DNA of 40,007 bases from an uncultured Candidatus Saccharibacteria bacterium (lineage in GTDB: Bacteria > Patescibacteriota > Minisyncoccia > Minisyncoccales > Minisyncoccaceae), in contig CAZOPO010000002.1 in NCBI GenBank assembly GCA_964581805.1, forward strand, positions 1 through 40,007. Reading direction: 5' to 3'. Shown here piece after piece: positions 26,570 through 34,623 of the stretch (position 1 is its first letter; every line of letters starts with the position of its first letter). A program made the position numbers and the translations under genes. The notes under the pieces are model-generated. The model made no database searches. It was given only the letters and a program-made list of their open reading frames with translations, and had not been told where the DNA came from.

Positions 26570-27197
26570 GGAAGAAATAGATGAAAATAAAATATTAATA
26601 GAAACTGTTAAAGATTATAACAGTATTTCTAAGAAATACTCAAGTGTCAGATCAAAAGAGTGGAAAGAGTTGAATTTTCTTTTTGAAAGTGTTTTAAAAG
26701 GAGATAAAGTTCTAGATTTAGGATGTGGTAATGGTAGATTTTATCCTCTTTTAAAAGAAACTCAATATATAGGAGTGGATCCATCTTCAGAGTTAATTAA
26801 AATTGCCAAAGAAGATTATCCTCAAGGGGATTTTCTAGTTGCTTATGGAAATGATTTACCATTTGAAGATGAATATTTTGATAAGATTTATAGTATTGCA
26901 GTTTTACATCATCTTCCTTCAATTAAATCTAGAAAAGAATTATTAAATGAAGCAAAAAGGGTTCTTAAAAAAGGAGGGGTAATGATTTTAACTGTTTGGA
27001 ATTTAGAAGAAAAAACTAAAGGAGAAGTAGATGTTTTTATTCCTTGGTATGGAAGCAAAGGAACTTATTTTCATTGTTTTAATTTAAAAGAATTGATACA
27101 ATTAGCGAAAGAATTAGATTTTGAAGTTATTAAAAGTGGAGAGATTTTAATTGGAAAGAAACCTTACTCTAATTTTTATCTTATATTAAAGAAATAA
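26568..27197 (+). CDS. Class I SAM-dependent methyltransferase, Trm9/ALKBH8-MTase-like
   Basis: Motif I VLDLGCGNGRF, then FDKIYSIAVLHHLPS..R and GGVMILTVWNLEE...DVFIPW, which resemble the Trm9 signature blocks. ATG at 26568; the track start at 26448 lies antisense inside elp3. Confidence 0.7.
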   Translation: MEEIDENKILIETVKDYNSISKKYSSVRSKEWKELNFLFESVLKGDKVLDLGCGNGRFYPLLKETQYIGVDPSSELIKIAKEDYPQGDFLVAYGNDLPFEDEYFDKIYSIAVLHHLPSIKSRKELLNEAKRVLKKGGVMILTVWNLEEKTKGEVDVFIPWYGSKGTYFHCFNLKELIQLAKELDFEVIKSGEILIGKKPYSNFYLILKK

Positions 27198-27776
27198 ATG
27201 AATAAAGAAGAAGTAAAATACAATATTGTTGTTTCAGGAGCAGCCCAAGTAGGGCACTGTTGTGAAAACATTGAAGAACTGTCTAAAGAAGTTGGTCGTG
27301 AGATAGGAAGACAAAATCACGTTTTAATTACAGGAGCAACGACAGGAGTTCCTTATTTTTCAGCAATGGGATGTAATGAAGTTGGTGGATTTAATATTGG
27401 ATTTTCTCCTGCCTCAACTGAGGAACAACATCTTAAGGCTTATAAGCTACCTTTAGATCCTTTTAATATCATGGTTTATACAGGAGCTGATTATGTGGGG
27501 AGAGATGTTACGATGACAAAATCAGCCGATGCTGTTATTATTATTTGTGGCAGGACAGGAACTCTTCATGAGTTCACAGTGGCTATTGAAACTAAGAAGA
27601 TAATTGCTGTTTTAGAAGGAACAGGAGGAATGGCTGATAAAATCAGGGGAATAATAGAAAGCTATTGTAAATCAGCAAATAAAATTATATACGAAAGAGA
27701 TCCTAAAAAAATTGTAAAAAAGGTCATAGAGGAAGTTAAAAAACAAAAAGAAAAAAATTCAAAAATATTAAAATGA
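27198..27776 (+). CDS. LOG/TIGR00725-like Rossmann-fold (SLOG-type) nucleotide-binding protein
   Basis: VLITGATTGVPYFSAMG and ICGRTGTLHEF correspond to the GGxxGxM / PGGxGTxxE blocks of the family. Confidence 0.5.
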   Translation: MNKEEVKYNIVVSGAAQVGHCCENIEELSKEVGREIGRQNHVLITGATTGVPYFSAMGCNEVGGFNIGFSPASTEEQHLKAYKLPLDPFNIMVYTGADYVGRDVTMTKSADAVIIICGRTGTLHEFTVAIETKKIIAVLEGTGGMADKIRGIIESYCKSANKIIYERDPKKIVKKVIEEVKKQKEKNSKILK

Positions 27777-28048
27777 AGCCTAAAAAAATTGTTAAAGAAA
27801 AAAAGATTGGTAAAGTTACTCATTATTTTTCTAAAATAAAAGTGGCAGCAATAAAGTTTAACCAGCCAATTTCTATAGGAGACTCTATAAGAATTGAGGG
27901 AGGAGAAAGTACTAATTTCAAAATGAAAATAACTTCTCTTCAGTTCAAGGGAGAGAAAATTTTAAAAAGTAAAAAAGGTCAAGAAGTTGGAATAAAAGTA
28001 AAAAATAAAGTAAGAGAAGGTTATAAGGTTTTTAATAATAATAAATAA
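27773..28048 (+). CDS. Small EF-Tu-domain-2-like beta-barrel protein ('translation elongation factor-like protein')
   Basis: IGKVTHYFSKIKVAAIKF...IGDSIRIEGGESTNF...SLQFKGEKILKSKKGQEVGIKV...VREGYKVF fits the pattern remembered for this small family. Confidence 0.45.
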   Translation: MKPKKIVKEKKIGKVTHYFSKIKVAAIKFNQPISIGDSIRIEGGESTNFKMKITSLQFKGEKILKSKKGQEVGIKVKNKVREGYKVFNNNK

Positions 28049-28054
28049 AAAAAT

Positions 28055-28789
28055 ATGTTTGGTACAATTATAGTTTTCGTAATAGTAGTTCTAATCGTTT
28101 CAATAAGACAAATTAATCAGTATGAAAATGGAGTTAGGTTTACTCTAGGTAAGTTCACAGGAACAATGAAGCCAGGATGGAATTTAGTTATTCCTGTTTT
28201 TCAATCATACAGAAAAGTAGATATGAGAACTAAAGCTGTTGATGTTCCTGATCAAGAAGCTATAACCAGAGATAATATTTCTGTAAGAGTTAATGCTGTA
28301 ATATATTACAAAATTAATTCGGCAGAAAAAGCAGTTTTACAGGTTGAAGATTTTTATTATGCAATTTCTCAATTAGCTCAAACAACAATGAGAAATGCTG
28401 TTGGACATGTTGAATTAGATGATCTTCTATCTCAAAGAGATAAGGTTTCAGAAGATATTAGAACAATTATTGATAAGGCTTCTGATCCTTGGGGTATTAG
28501 TGTGGAAAATCTAGAATTAAAAGATATTACTCTTCCTGAAGAAATGAAAAGAGTTATTGGAAAGCAAGCTGAAGCGGAAAGAGAAAAGAGATCAGTTATT
28601 ATTAAGGCTGAGGGAGAAGTTGCTGCTGCCAATAATATGGCTAAAGCCGCTGAGGTTTTATCAGGTTCTGTAGGAGCTCTACATTTAAGAACTCTACAAT
28701 CAATTAATGATATTAGTTCAGATCAATCTAATACTATTGTTTTTGCTCTTCCTCTAGAAGTTTTAAGAGCTTTTGAAGGTAAGAAATAG
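28055..28789 (+). CDS. SPFH/band-7 (stomatin/prohibitin-like) membrane protein
   Basis: N-terminal TM helix, an SPFH core (TRDNISVRVNAVIYYKI, LAQTTMRNAVG), and an Ala/Glu-rich coiled coil. Confidence 0.88.
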   Translation: MFGTIIVFVIVVLIVSIRQINQYENGVRFTLGKFTGTMKPGWNLVIPVFQSYRKVDMRTKAVDVPDQEAITRDNISVRVNAVIYYKINSAEKAVLQVEDFYYAISQLAQTTMRNAVGHVELDDLLSQRDKVSEDIRTIIDKASDPWGISVENLELKDITLPEEMKRVIGKQAEAEREKRSVIIKAEGEVAAANNMAKAAEVLSGSVGALHLRTLQSINDISSDQSNTIVFALPLEVLRAFEGKK

Positions 28790-29818
28790 TTATTTAATAT
28801 AAATACTTTTCTTGTAATTATGTTCAGTAAGAGTTTGAGAAAAGTATATCTTTCCTTCTAAGGAAGATAAATAATACCAATAATTATTTTGAGTAGGGTA
28901 TATTGCTGCAAGAAGGCTGTCCATTCCGGGATTAGATATCGGTCCAATAGGAAGACCTTTGTATTTGTAGGTATTATAAGGTGAATCAATTTCTGTATCA
29001 GTAGTATAGACTTGAGATTTCTTTTCTCTTAGGGCATACAAAACAGTAGCGCATATTTGTAGTGGCATTTTTATTTCTAATCTTCTCCACATTATATCAG
29101 AAACAAGTTTTTTATCTTCCATTGTTTTTGCTTCTTTTTCAATCATTGAAGCAACTGTAATAATTTCAAAAATTGTTTTATCTTGTTTGATAATTTCTTC
29201 TTTTAAGTTAGGAGTAATTTTTGTTTCCCAGTTTTGTAATATTTTTAAAACAATACTTTCTAGATTGTCCCTACTGTCTATATAGTAAGTGTCAGGAAAG
29301 AGGTATCCTTCTAGGCTTAAATTATTTGGTTTATTAATATTAAAATTTTTAATTAATTTATCTATATTTTCATTATTTTCAATTACAGTTGGCTCTCCAA
29401 TAAGAGCATAAACTTCTTCTTTCGTAGCAAGTTTTTTTTCTTCAAAATAATTGGCAATATCATCAATATTCCAACCCTCTAAAATAGTAAAAGTTGTTTT
29501 GTTTATTTCTCCTTTGGTTAGAATATTAAGTATCTGCATTGTACTCATTTGAGGAGATAACAAGTATTCTCCTGCTTGAATATTCCCATTGTTTTGAGTT
29601 ACTGTTGAATAAAGAACAAAAAGGGAAGAGTCTTTAATTAAATCCTCATCTTCTAAATTAAGAGCAATATTTTTTACCGAAGATCCTTTTTCAATGATAA
29701 AAAGCTTGGCAATATTATCATTACTTAATTGTTTAAAAATGCCATCATAGCTATATTTAGCTAGGGAGCCTAAAACAATTAAAATAATTGATATTAAAAT
29801 AATGATTATTTTTTTCAT
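28790..29818 (-). CDS. mltG: Endolytic murein transglycosylase MltG (YceG-like)
   Basis: N-terminal TM helix, ASMIEKEA, and SPYNTYKYKGLPIGPISNPG motifs. Confidence 0.88.
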   Translation of the reverse strand: MKKIIIILISIILIVLGSLAKYSYDGIFKQLSNDNIAKLFIIEKGSSVKNIALNLEDEDLIKDSSLFVLYSTVTQNNGNIQAGEYLLSPQMSTMQILNILTKGEINKTTFTILEGWNIDDIANYFEEKKLATKEEVYALIGEPTVIENNENIDKLIKNFNINKPNNLSLEGYLFPDTYYIDSRDNLESIVLKILQNWETKITPNLKEEIIKQDKTIFEIITVASMIEKEAKTMEDKKLVSDIMWRRLEIKMPLQICATVLYALREKKSQVYTTDTEIDSPYNTYKYKGLPIGPISNPGMDSLLAAIYPTQNNYWYYLSSLEGKIYFSQTLTEHNYKKSIYIK

Positions 29819-29827
29819 AGTAAATAC

Positions 29828-29856
29828 ATCTTATTTTATATTTTAACCCTTGACAA
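29828..29856 (-). promoter_or_regulatory. Candidate mltG promoter
   Basis: On the minus strand: TTGTCA, a 17 nt spacer, TAAGAT, then 9 nt to ATG at 29818. Its -35 overlaps the -35 of the opposing promoter within CTTGACAAG. Confidence 0.45.
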
Positions 29857-29878
29857 GTATTAAAGAGAAGTATATTTT
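29850..29878 (+). promoter_or_regulatory. Candidate promoter of the greA leader transcript
   Basis: TTGACA (29850-29855), a 17 nt spacer, then TATTTT (or TATATT with a 15 nt spacer). Confidence 0.4.
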
Positions 29879-30014
29879 ATACTAAAGCATGATAACCTTT
29901 ATTAAAAATCAGAAATATACGAATCTTTGGGCAAAAAGAAACTGCTCAATTTTGGCTATGATTTTTAAAAGATGAAGGGAGAAGCTTTATAATATATAAC
30001 TTAATATAATAATA

Positions 30015-30046
30015 AAAGCCTCTCCCTAAGGGAGAGGTTTTAAATT
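30015..30046 (+). terminator. Strong intrinsic terminator-like hairpin immediately upstream of greA
   Basis: CCTCTCCC-TAA-GGGAGAGG is an 8-bp GC-rich stem extended by A/U pairs, followed by TTTT. It ends 9 nt before the greA ATG. Confidence 0.6.
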
Positions 30047-30054
30047 TAAAAAAT

Positions 30055-30516
30055 ATGCCAAAAATATACTACTTAACAAAGAATGGTTTAAATAAGATAA
30101 AAAGAGAATATGAAGATCTAAAAGAAATTTATAGAAAAGAGATTTTTGAAGAAGCACCTGCTTTATTAGAGGGTGACGCTTTAAATCCTGATTATTCCTT
30201 TTTTCAAGAAAATATTGAAGAACTTGAAAAAAGAATTGAAGAGTTGAGTTTTATTTTAAAAAACTATAAAATAATTAAGAAGCCTAAAGACCAAGAAGTG
30301 GTTAATTTAGGAGCTAAGGTCGTTTTAAAGAATGATTCTGACAAAAAAGAAGAATACCAGATAGTAGGAACCCTTGAGGCGGACCCCTTTTTAGGTAAAA
30401 TTAGTAATGAATCTCCTCTAGGAATGACTTTTATAGGTAGGAAAATAGGAGAAAGTATTCCTTTTAATGACTCTATGAGTTATAAAATAATGAAAATTAA
30501 GTATGAAGAAGTATAA
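30055..30516 (+). CDS. greA: Transcription elongation factor GreA family
   Basis: N-terminal coiled coil (LTKNGLNKIKREYEDLKE) and a C-terminal ISNESPLGMTFIGRKIGES motif. Confidence 0.8.
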   Translation: MPKIYYLTKNGLNKIKREYEDLKEIYRKEIFEEAPALLEGDALNPDYSFFQENIEELEKRIEELSFILKNYKIIKKPKDQEVVNLGAKVVLKNDSDKKEEYQIVGTLEADPFLGKISNESPLGMTFIGRKIGESIPFNDSMSYKIMKIKYEEV

Positions 30517-31249
30517 AATAATTATATTTTCTATTCTAGGAATTATTGTTATTTCTTCTTTTTGGTTTAGTTTTTTCTTTCTTAATAAAAATATAAATAT
30601 TTTTGAAAAAGATCTTTTTGAAGCAGGAGAATCTAGCGATGTAGTTATTGTTTTTAATTCGGGAGGATGGGGAACGGTTTCTTTAGAAAAAGCTAAAGAC
30701 TTTAATCCTATTATAAATGAAATTAAAAGAATATTAGAAGATAATAATTATAAAGTTTCTATTGTTGAATATCATCGAACAGAAGAGAATTTAATTGCCA
30801 AATTAGGATCTTTAAAGGAAATAATTTTTAACTTTTCTCAAAGTTCTAATTTTTTAGCAGAAAAAATAGAATCTTTTATTTCTAATAATCCTGAAAGAAA
30901 AATTATTATGGCAGGATTGAGCAATGGTGCTTCTTTTGCTAATTCTGTTATGAGTAAAATAGAGAAAAATATGGATAATGTTTTTTCTATTGAATTAGGA
31001 GCTCCTTTTGCAAATTATAGAGAAACAAATAAAAATATTCTTGAATTAAACAATGAAACAGATTTCTTAGCTAATGGAGACATTAAAGAATTATCTTTTT
31101 CAGTTATAAAAGCGCCTTTTGTTTGGTTGTATGATAATATAAGAGGAGAAAGTATCTCTTTTTTTGAAGCAATGAGTATCAAGGGTCATAATTATGATTG
31201 GCAAGAGGTGGGCCAAGAAATATCTTCTTTTATTAAGGAAAAAATTTAA
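30503..31249 (+). CDS. Membrane-anchored alpha/beta-hydrolase-like protein (tentative)
   Basis: N-terminal TM helix, VVIVFNSGGWG, a nucleophile elbow IIMAGLSNGASF (GxSxG), and a late His (KGHNYDW). Confidence 0.4.
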   Translation: MKKYKIIIFSILGIIVISSFWFSFFFLNKNINIFEKDLFEAGESSDVVIVFNSGGWGTVSLEKAKDFNPIINEIKRILEDNNYKVSIVEYHRTEENLIAKLGSLKEIIFNFSQSSNFLAEKIESFISNNPERKIIMAGLSNGASFANSVMSKIEKNMDNVFSIELGAPFANYRETNKNILELNNETDFLANGDIKELSFSVIKAPFVWLYDNIRGESISFFEAMSIKGHNYDWQEVGQEISSFIKEKI

Positions 31250-31274
31250 AAATCCTTGCCGAAGGATTTTTTTT
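31248..31274 (+). terminator. Intrinsic terminator
   Basis: AAAAATCCTT-GCCG-AAGGATTTTT plus a T-run. Confidence 0.7.
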
Positions 31275-31290
31275 GTATTAATATAGACTT

Positions 31291-32304
31291 ATGGATTCTT
31301 ATTTCAAACAAAAAATACTTTTGTTTTTTTCTTTAATTCTAGGAATAGGGATTTTTTTATGGATAGGAAAAATTATTGGCTGGGAAGAAATTAAATCGAG
31401 TTTTTCTATTTTTTCTACTTGGCAGGGTTTAGTAATAATTTTATTGTCTTTTTTAATAGCCTTAATTGCTACTTTTAGATGGAAAGAAATTATAAAAGAC
31501 TCAGGAAATGATGCTCCTTTTTGGCAACTATTTAAGATTTATTTAGGAGGATATTCTATAACTTATCTTTTTCCTATTTTAATTTGGTGTGGAGAAGGAT
31601 TTCGTATTTATGAATTATCTAGACAGAATAATATTTCTTGGAAAAAAACTTTTGCCTCAGTAGTAATAGAAAGAATCCTTGAATGGACAGTTAATATTAT
31701 AATTATATTATTTGCTCTATTCTATTTTATTTATAGTATTTCTTTTCTTCCTAGAGAATTGATAATTCTTTTTGGTTTATTTCTTTTATTTTTTATTTTT
31801 ATTATTACTTTTTTCTATATTAAGTCTTTTGGAAAAAATAGTATTATTAAAAAAATATTTAGAACTTTCTTTAAAAAAGAAATTAATGAAGAAAATAGTT
31901 TGATTGCTGTTGAAAATGATGTCTTTGATTATTTTCAAATAAAAAATAAAGCTTTTCAAAAGGGAATAATTCTTTCTTTTTTAAAGGCTTTAGTGATGCA
32001 ATTAAGAACTTGGATTTTAATTCTTTTCTTGGGAGAATTAATAGGGTTTTTATCATCATTGTCTGTTTTAGGTTTTACTTATTTGGCTTCAACTGTTCCT
32101 ATTCCAACTGCCTTAGGTTCGCATGAAATTATTCAATATTTTGCTTTCAAATCTTTAGGTATTGATGTTTCTATGACAACAATATTTACAATGATTATAA
32201 GAACTTCTGAGGTGATAGTATCTTTATTGGGAATAGTATTTTTATTAAAAACAGGATTCAATTTCTTAAGTAATAAATTTTTAAAAAATGAAGAAAATAA
32301 ATAA
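31291..32304 (+). CDS. Polytopic membrane protein, UPF0104 / LPG-synthase-TM (flippase-like) family, tentative
   Basis: About 8 predicted TM segments, with N-terminal organisation and length like the MprF-flippase-like family. Confidence 0.4.
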   Translation: MDSYFKQKILLFFSLILGIGIFLWIGKIIGWEEIKSSFSIFSTWQGLVIILLSFLIALIATFRWKEIIKDSGNDAPFWQLFKIYLGGYSITYLFPILIWCGEGFRIYELSRQNNISWKKTFASVVIERILEWTVNIIIILFALFYFIYSISFLPRELIILFGLFLLFFIFIITFFYIKSFGKNSIIKKIFRTFFKKEINEENSLIAVENDVFDYFQIKNKAFQKGIILSFLKALVMQLRTWILILFLGELIGFLSSLSVLGFTYLASTVPIPTALGSHEIIQYFAFKSLGIDVSMTTIFTMIIRTSEVIVSLLGIVFLLKTGFNFLSNKFLKNEENK

Positions 32305-32917
32305 GGTAATTAAATATTTAATTTTAACAGATATTGCTTTTTGGACAGGATGGGGAATGGTAACACCAGTTTTTGCTATATTTGTTGTTGATAGAATTAT
32401 TGGAGGAACTGCCTTAGTCGTAGGAATCTCTACAGCAATATTTTATTTATTAAGATCGTCATTAGTTTTTCCTTTTGCTTCAATCTTAGATAAACATGAG
32501 GGAGATAGAGATGATTATTTCTTTTTAGTCGCTGGTAATTTTATTTCTGCCTTAGTTCCTTTTGGATATATTTTTGCTGTTTATCCTTGGCATATATATG
32601 TTTTACAGGTCTTTTATGGAATTGGAATATCAATGGCTTTAGGTGGCTGGAGAGCAATATTTACAAGAAGTATAACTAAGGGTAAAGAAGCCAGAGAATG
32701 GGCTTTAGACGATGCTTCTTTAAGTTTAGGAGTAGCTGTTGCAGGAGTTGTAGCAGGATTCTTTATTACTCAATGGGGTTTTACCGTAACATTTACTATT
32801 GCAGGATCTTTAGCTATGCTTAGCGTAATAATGCTTTTAAAATTAAGAAAAGACATTGAAGGAGTTTTTAATAGAAGTTTTACTAAAAATATTAGAGAAA
32901 TATTTTTTAAAAAATGA
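32288..32917 (+). CDS. Half-size (6-TM) MFS-like membrane protein
   Basis: Six hydrophobic segments, with a motif-A-like ASILDKHEGDRDD between TM2 and TM3. It ends in an ATGA overlap with polX, so no second half follows. Confidence 0.4.
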   Translation: MKKINKVIKYLILTDIAFWTGWGMVTPVFAIFVVDRIIGGTALVVGISTAIFYLLRSSLVFPFASILDKHEGDRDDYFFLVAGNFISALVPFGYIFAVYPWHIYVLQVFYGIGISMALGGWRAIFTRSITKGKEAREWALDDASLSLGVAVAGVVAGFFITQWGFTVTFTIAGSLAMLSVIMLLKLRKDIEGVFNRSFTKNIREIFFKK

Positions 32918-34623
32918 AAAATCAAGAATTAGCTCAAATTTTATTTGAAATTGGAGATTTACTAGAATTACAAGAAGTTCCTTTTAAACCGGAAGCATAT
33001 AAAAAGGCAGCTATTGCGATTGATAATTTAGAGGAAGATATTAATGAGATATATAAAAGAGAAGGAGTTAAAGGTTTAGAAAATATTAGTGGAGTAGGGA
33101 AAAGCATTGCTTTAAGTATTATTGAGTTTTTAGAGAAAGGAAAAATAAAATACTATAAGGAATTAAAAAAAGAATCTCCCATTGATTTAGATAATTTAAT
33201 TAAAGTTGAAGGATTAGGGGTTAAAAAAATTAAGAAACTCTGGAAAGAGTTAAAAATTAGAAATTTAAAAGAACTAGAAAAGGCAATCGAAGATCATAAG
33301 GTTTCTTCTTTATTTGGTTTTGGAGAAAAAACAGAAAAGAATATTATAGATTCTATTAATTTTTTAAAACAAGGACAAGGAAGATTTATTTTAAGAGATA
33401 TTTTTCCTATAACTAAAAAAGTAGAAGAAAAGATAAGAAGAATAAAAGAAGTAGTTGATTTTTCCGTTGCGGGTTCAGTAAGAAGAAGAAAAGAGACAAT
33501 AGGAGATATAGATTTTTTAGTTTCCGTAAAAGATCCAAGTAATAAATATGTTGTGGAAAAAATAATGAATACTTTTGTTACGATGGATGATGTTGTTAAG
33601 ATTATTGGCAAGGGAGAAACTAAATCTTCAATTAAGACAAAAGATAACTTAAATATGGACTTAAGATTGGTTTCTGAAAGTTCTTTCGGTTCAGCTTTAC
33701 AATATTTTACAGGATCTAAAGATCATAATATCTCTTTAAGAAGAATAGCTATGAAAAATAGTTATAAACTTAATGAGTACGGACTTTTTAAAGGAGAAAG
33801 AAAAATTGCGGGAAGAAATGAAGAAGAGATTTATGAAAAATTAGGAATGCAATTTATTCCTCCAGAATTAAGAGAAAATCAAGGAGAAATTAGTTTAGCG
33901 ATGAAAAGATTACTTCCTTGTTTAATTGATTTAGATGATATTAAGGGTGATCTTCATTGTCATACTTCTTGGAATGGAGGAGAGAATTCAATAGAAGAGA
34001 TGGCTAATGAGGCTATTGAATTAGGATATTCATATTTAGGAATAAATGATCATACAAAATCTTTAAAGATAGAAAATGGCTTAGATGAAAAAAAGATATT
34101 GGAACAAAGGAAAGAAATTGATAATTTAAATAAGAAATTTAAAGATAAAAAATTTAAGATATTACAAGGTTCAGAAGTAGATATTTTAAAAGATGGTTCT
34201 TTAGATATTAGTGACGAAGTATTAAAAACTCTTGATTATGTTTCTGTTAGTATTCATTCAAATTTCAAAATGACTAAAAAAGAAATGACAGATAGAGTTC
34301 TTAAAGCATTAGATAATCCTTATGTTAAAATATTAAATCATCCTACGGGAATGGTTATCGGCAAGAGGGAAGGATATAGTCTTGATATAAATAAAATATT
34401 AAATAAAGCTAAAGAAAAAAATGTTGCTTTAGAAATTAATTCTTATCGTGGAGATTTAAATAGTCAGCTGGTTAAATTAGCTAAAGAAAAAGGAATCAAG
34501 TTTTCTATAAGTAGTGATGCTCATAATAAAAAACAATTAAAAGATATGATTTTTGGAGTCTATATTGCTAGAAGATCATCTTTAATAAAGGAAGATATTT
34601 TAAATACAAATGAAGAAATATAA
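32914..34623 (+). CDS. polX: Family X DNA polymerase with a C-terminal PHP domain (PolX)
   Basis: HhH motifs (ISGVGKSIA, VEGLGVKKIKK), nucleotidyltransferase GSVRRRKETIGDIDFLV, and PHP GDLHCHTSWNGG...INDHT...SSDAH. Confidence 0.9.
   Translation: MKNQELAQILFEIGDLLELQEVPFKPEAYKKAAIAIDNLEEDINEIYKREGVKGLENISGVGKSIALSIIEFLEKGKIKYYKELKKESPIDLDNLIKVEGLGVKKIKKLWKELKIRNLKELEKAIEDHKVSSLFGFGEKTEKNIIDSINFLKQGQGRFILRDIFPITKKVEEKIRRIKEVVDFSVAGSVRRRKETIGDIDFLVSVKDPSNKYVVEKIMNTFVTMDDVVKIIGKGETKSSIKTKDNLNMDLRLVSESSFGSALQYFTGSKDHNISLRRIAMKNSYKLNEYGLFKGERKIAGRNEEEIYEKLGMQFIPPELRENQGEISLAMKRLLPCLIDLDDIKGDLHCHTSWNGGENSIEEMANEAIELGYSYLGINDHTKSLKIENGLDEKKILEQRKEIDNLNKKFKDKKFKILQGSEVDILKDGSLDISDEVLKTLDYVSVSIHSNFKMTKKEMTDRVLKALDNPYVKILNHPTGMVIGKREGYSLDINKILNKAKEKNVALEINSYRGDLNSQLVKLAKEKGIKFSISSDAHNKKQLKDMIFGVYIARRSSLIKEDILNTNEEI

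Noticed and set aside
29889-29975. 28-codon ORF (MITFIKNQKYTNLWAKRNCSILAMIFKR*) in the greA leader as a small protein gene.
   Set aside because: Nothing supports it beyond an ATG and an open frame in AT-rich DNA. It is mentioned only as part of the leader finding.
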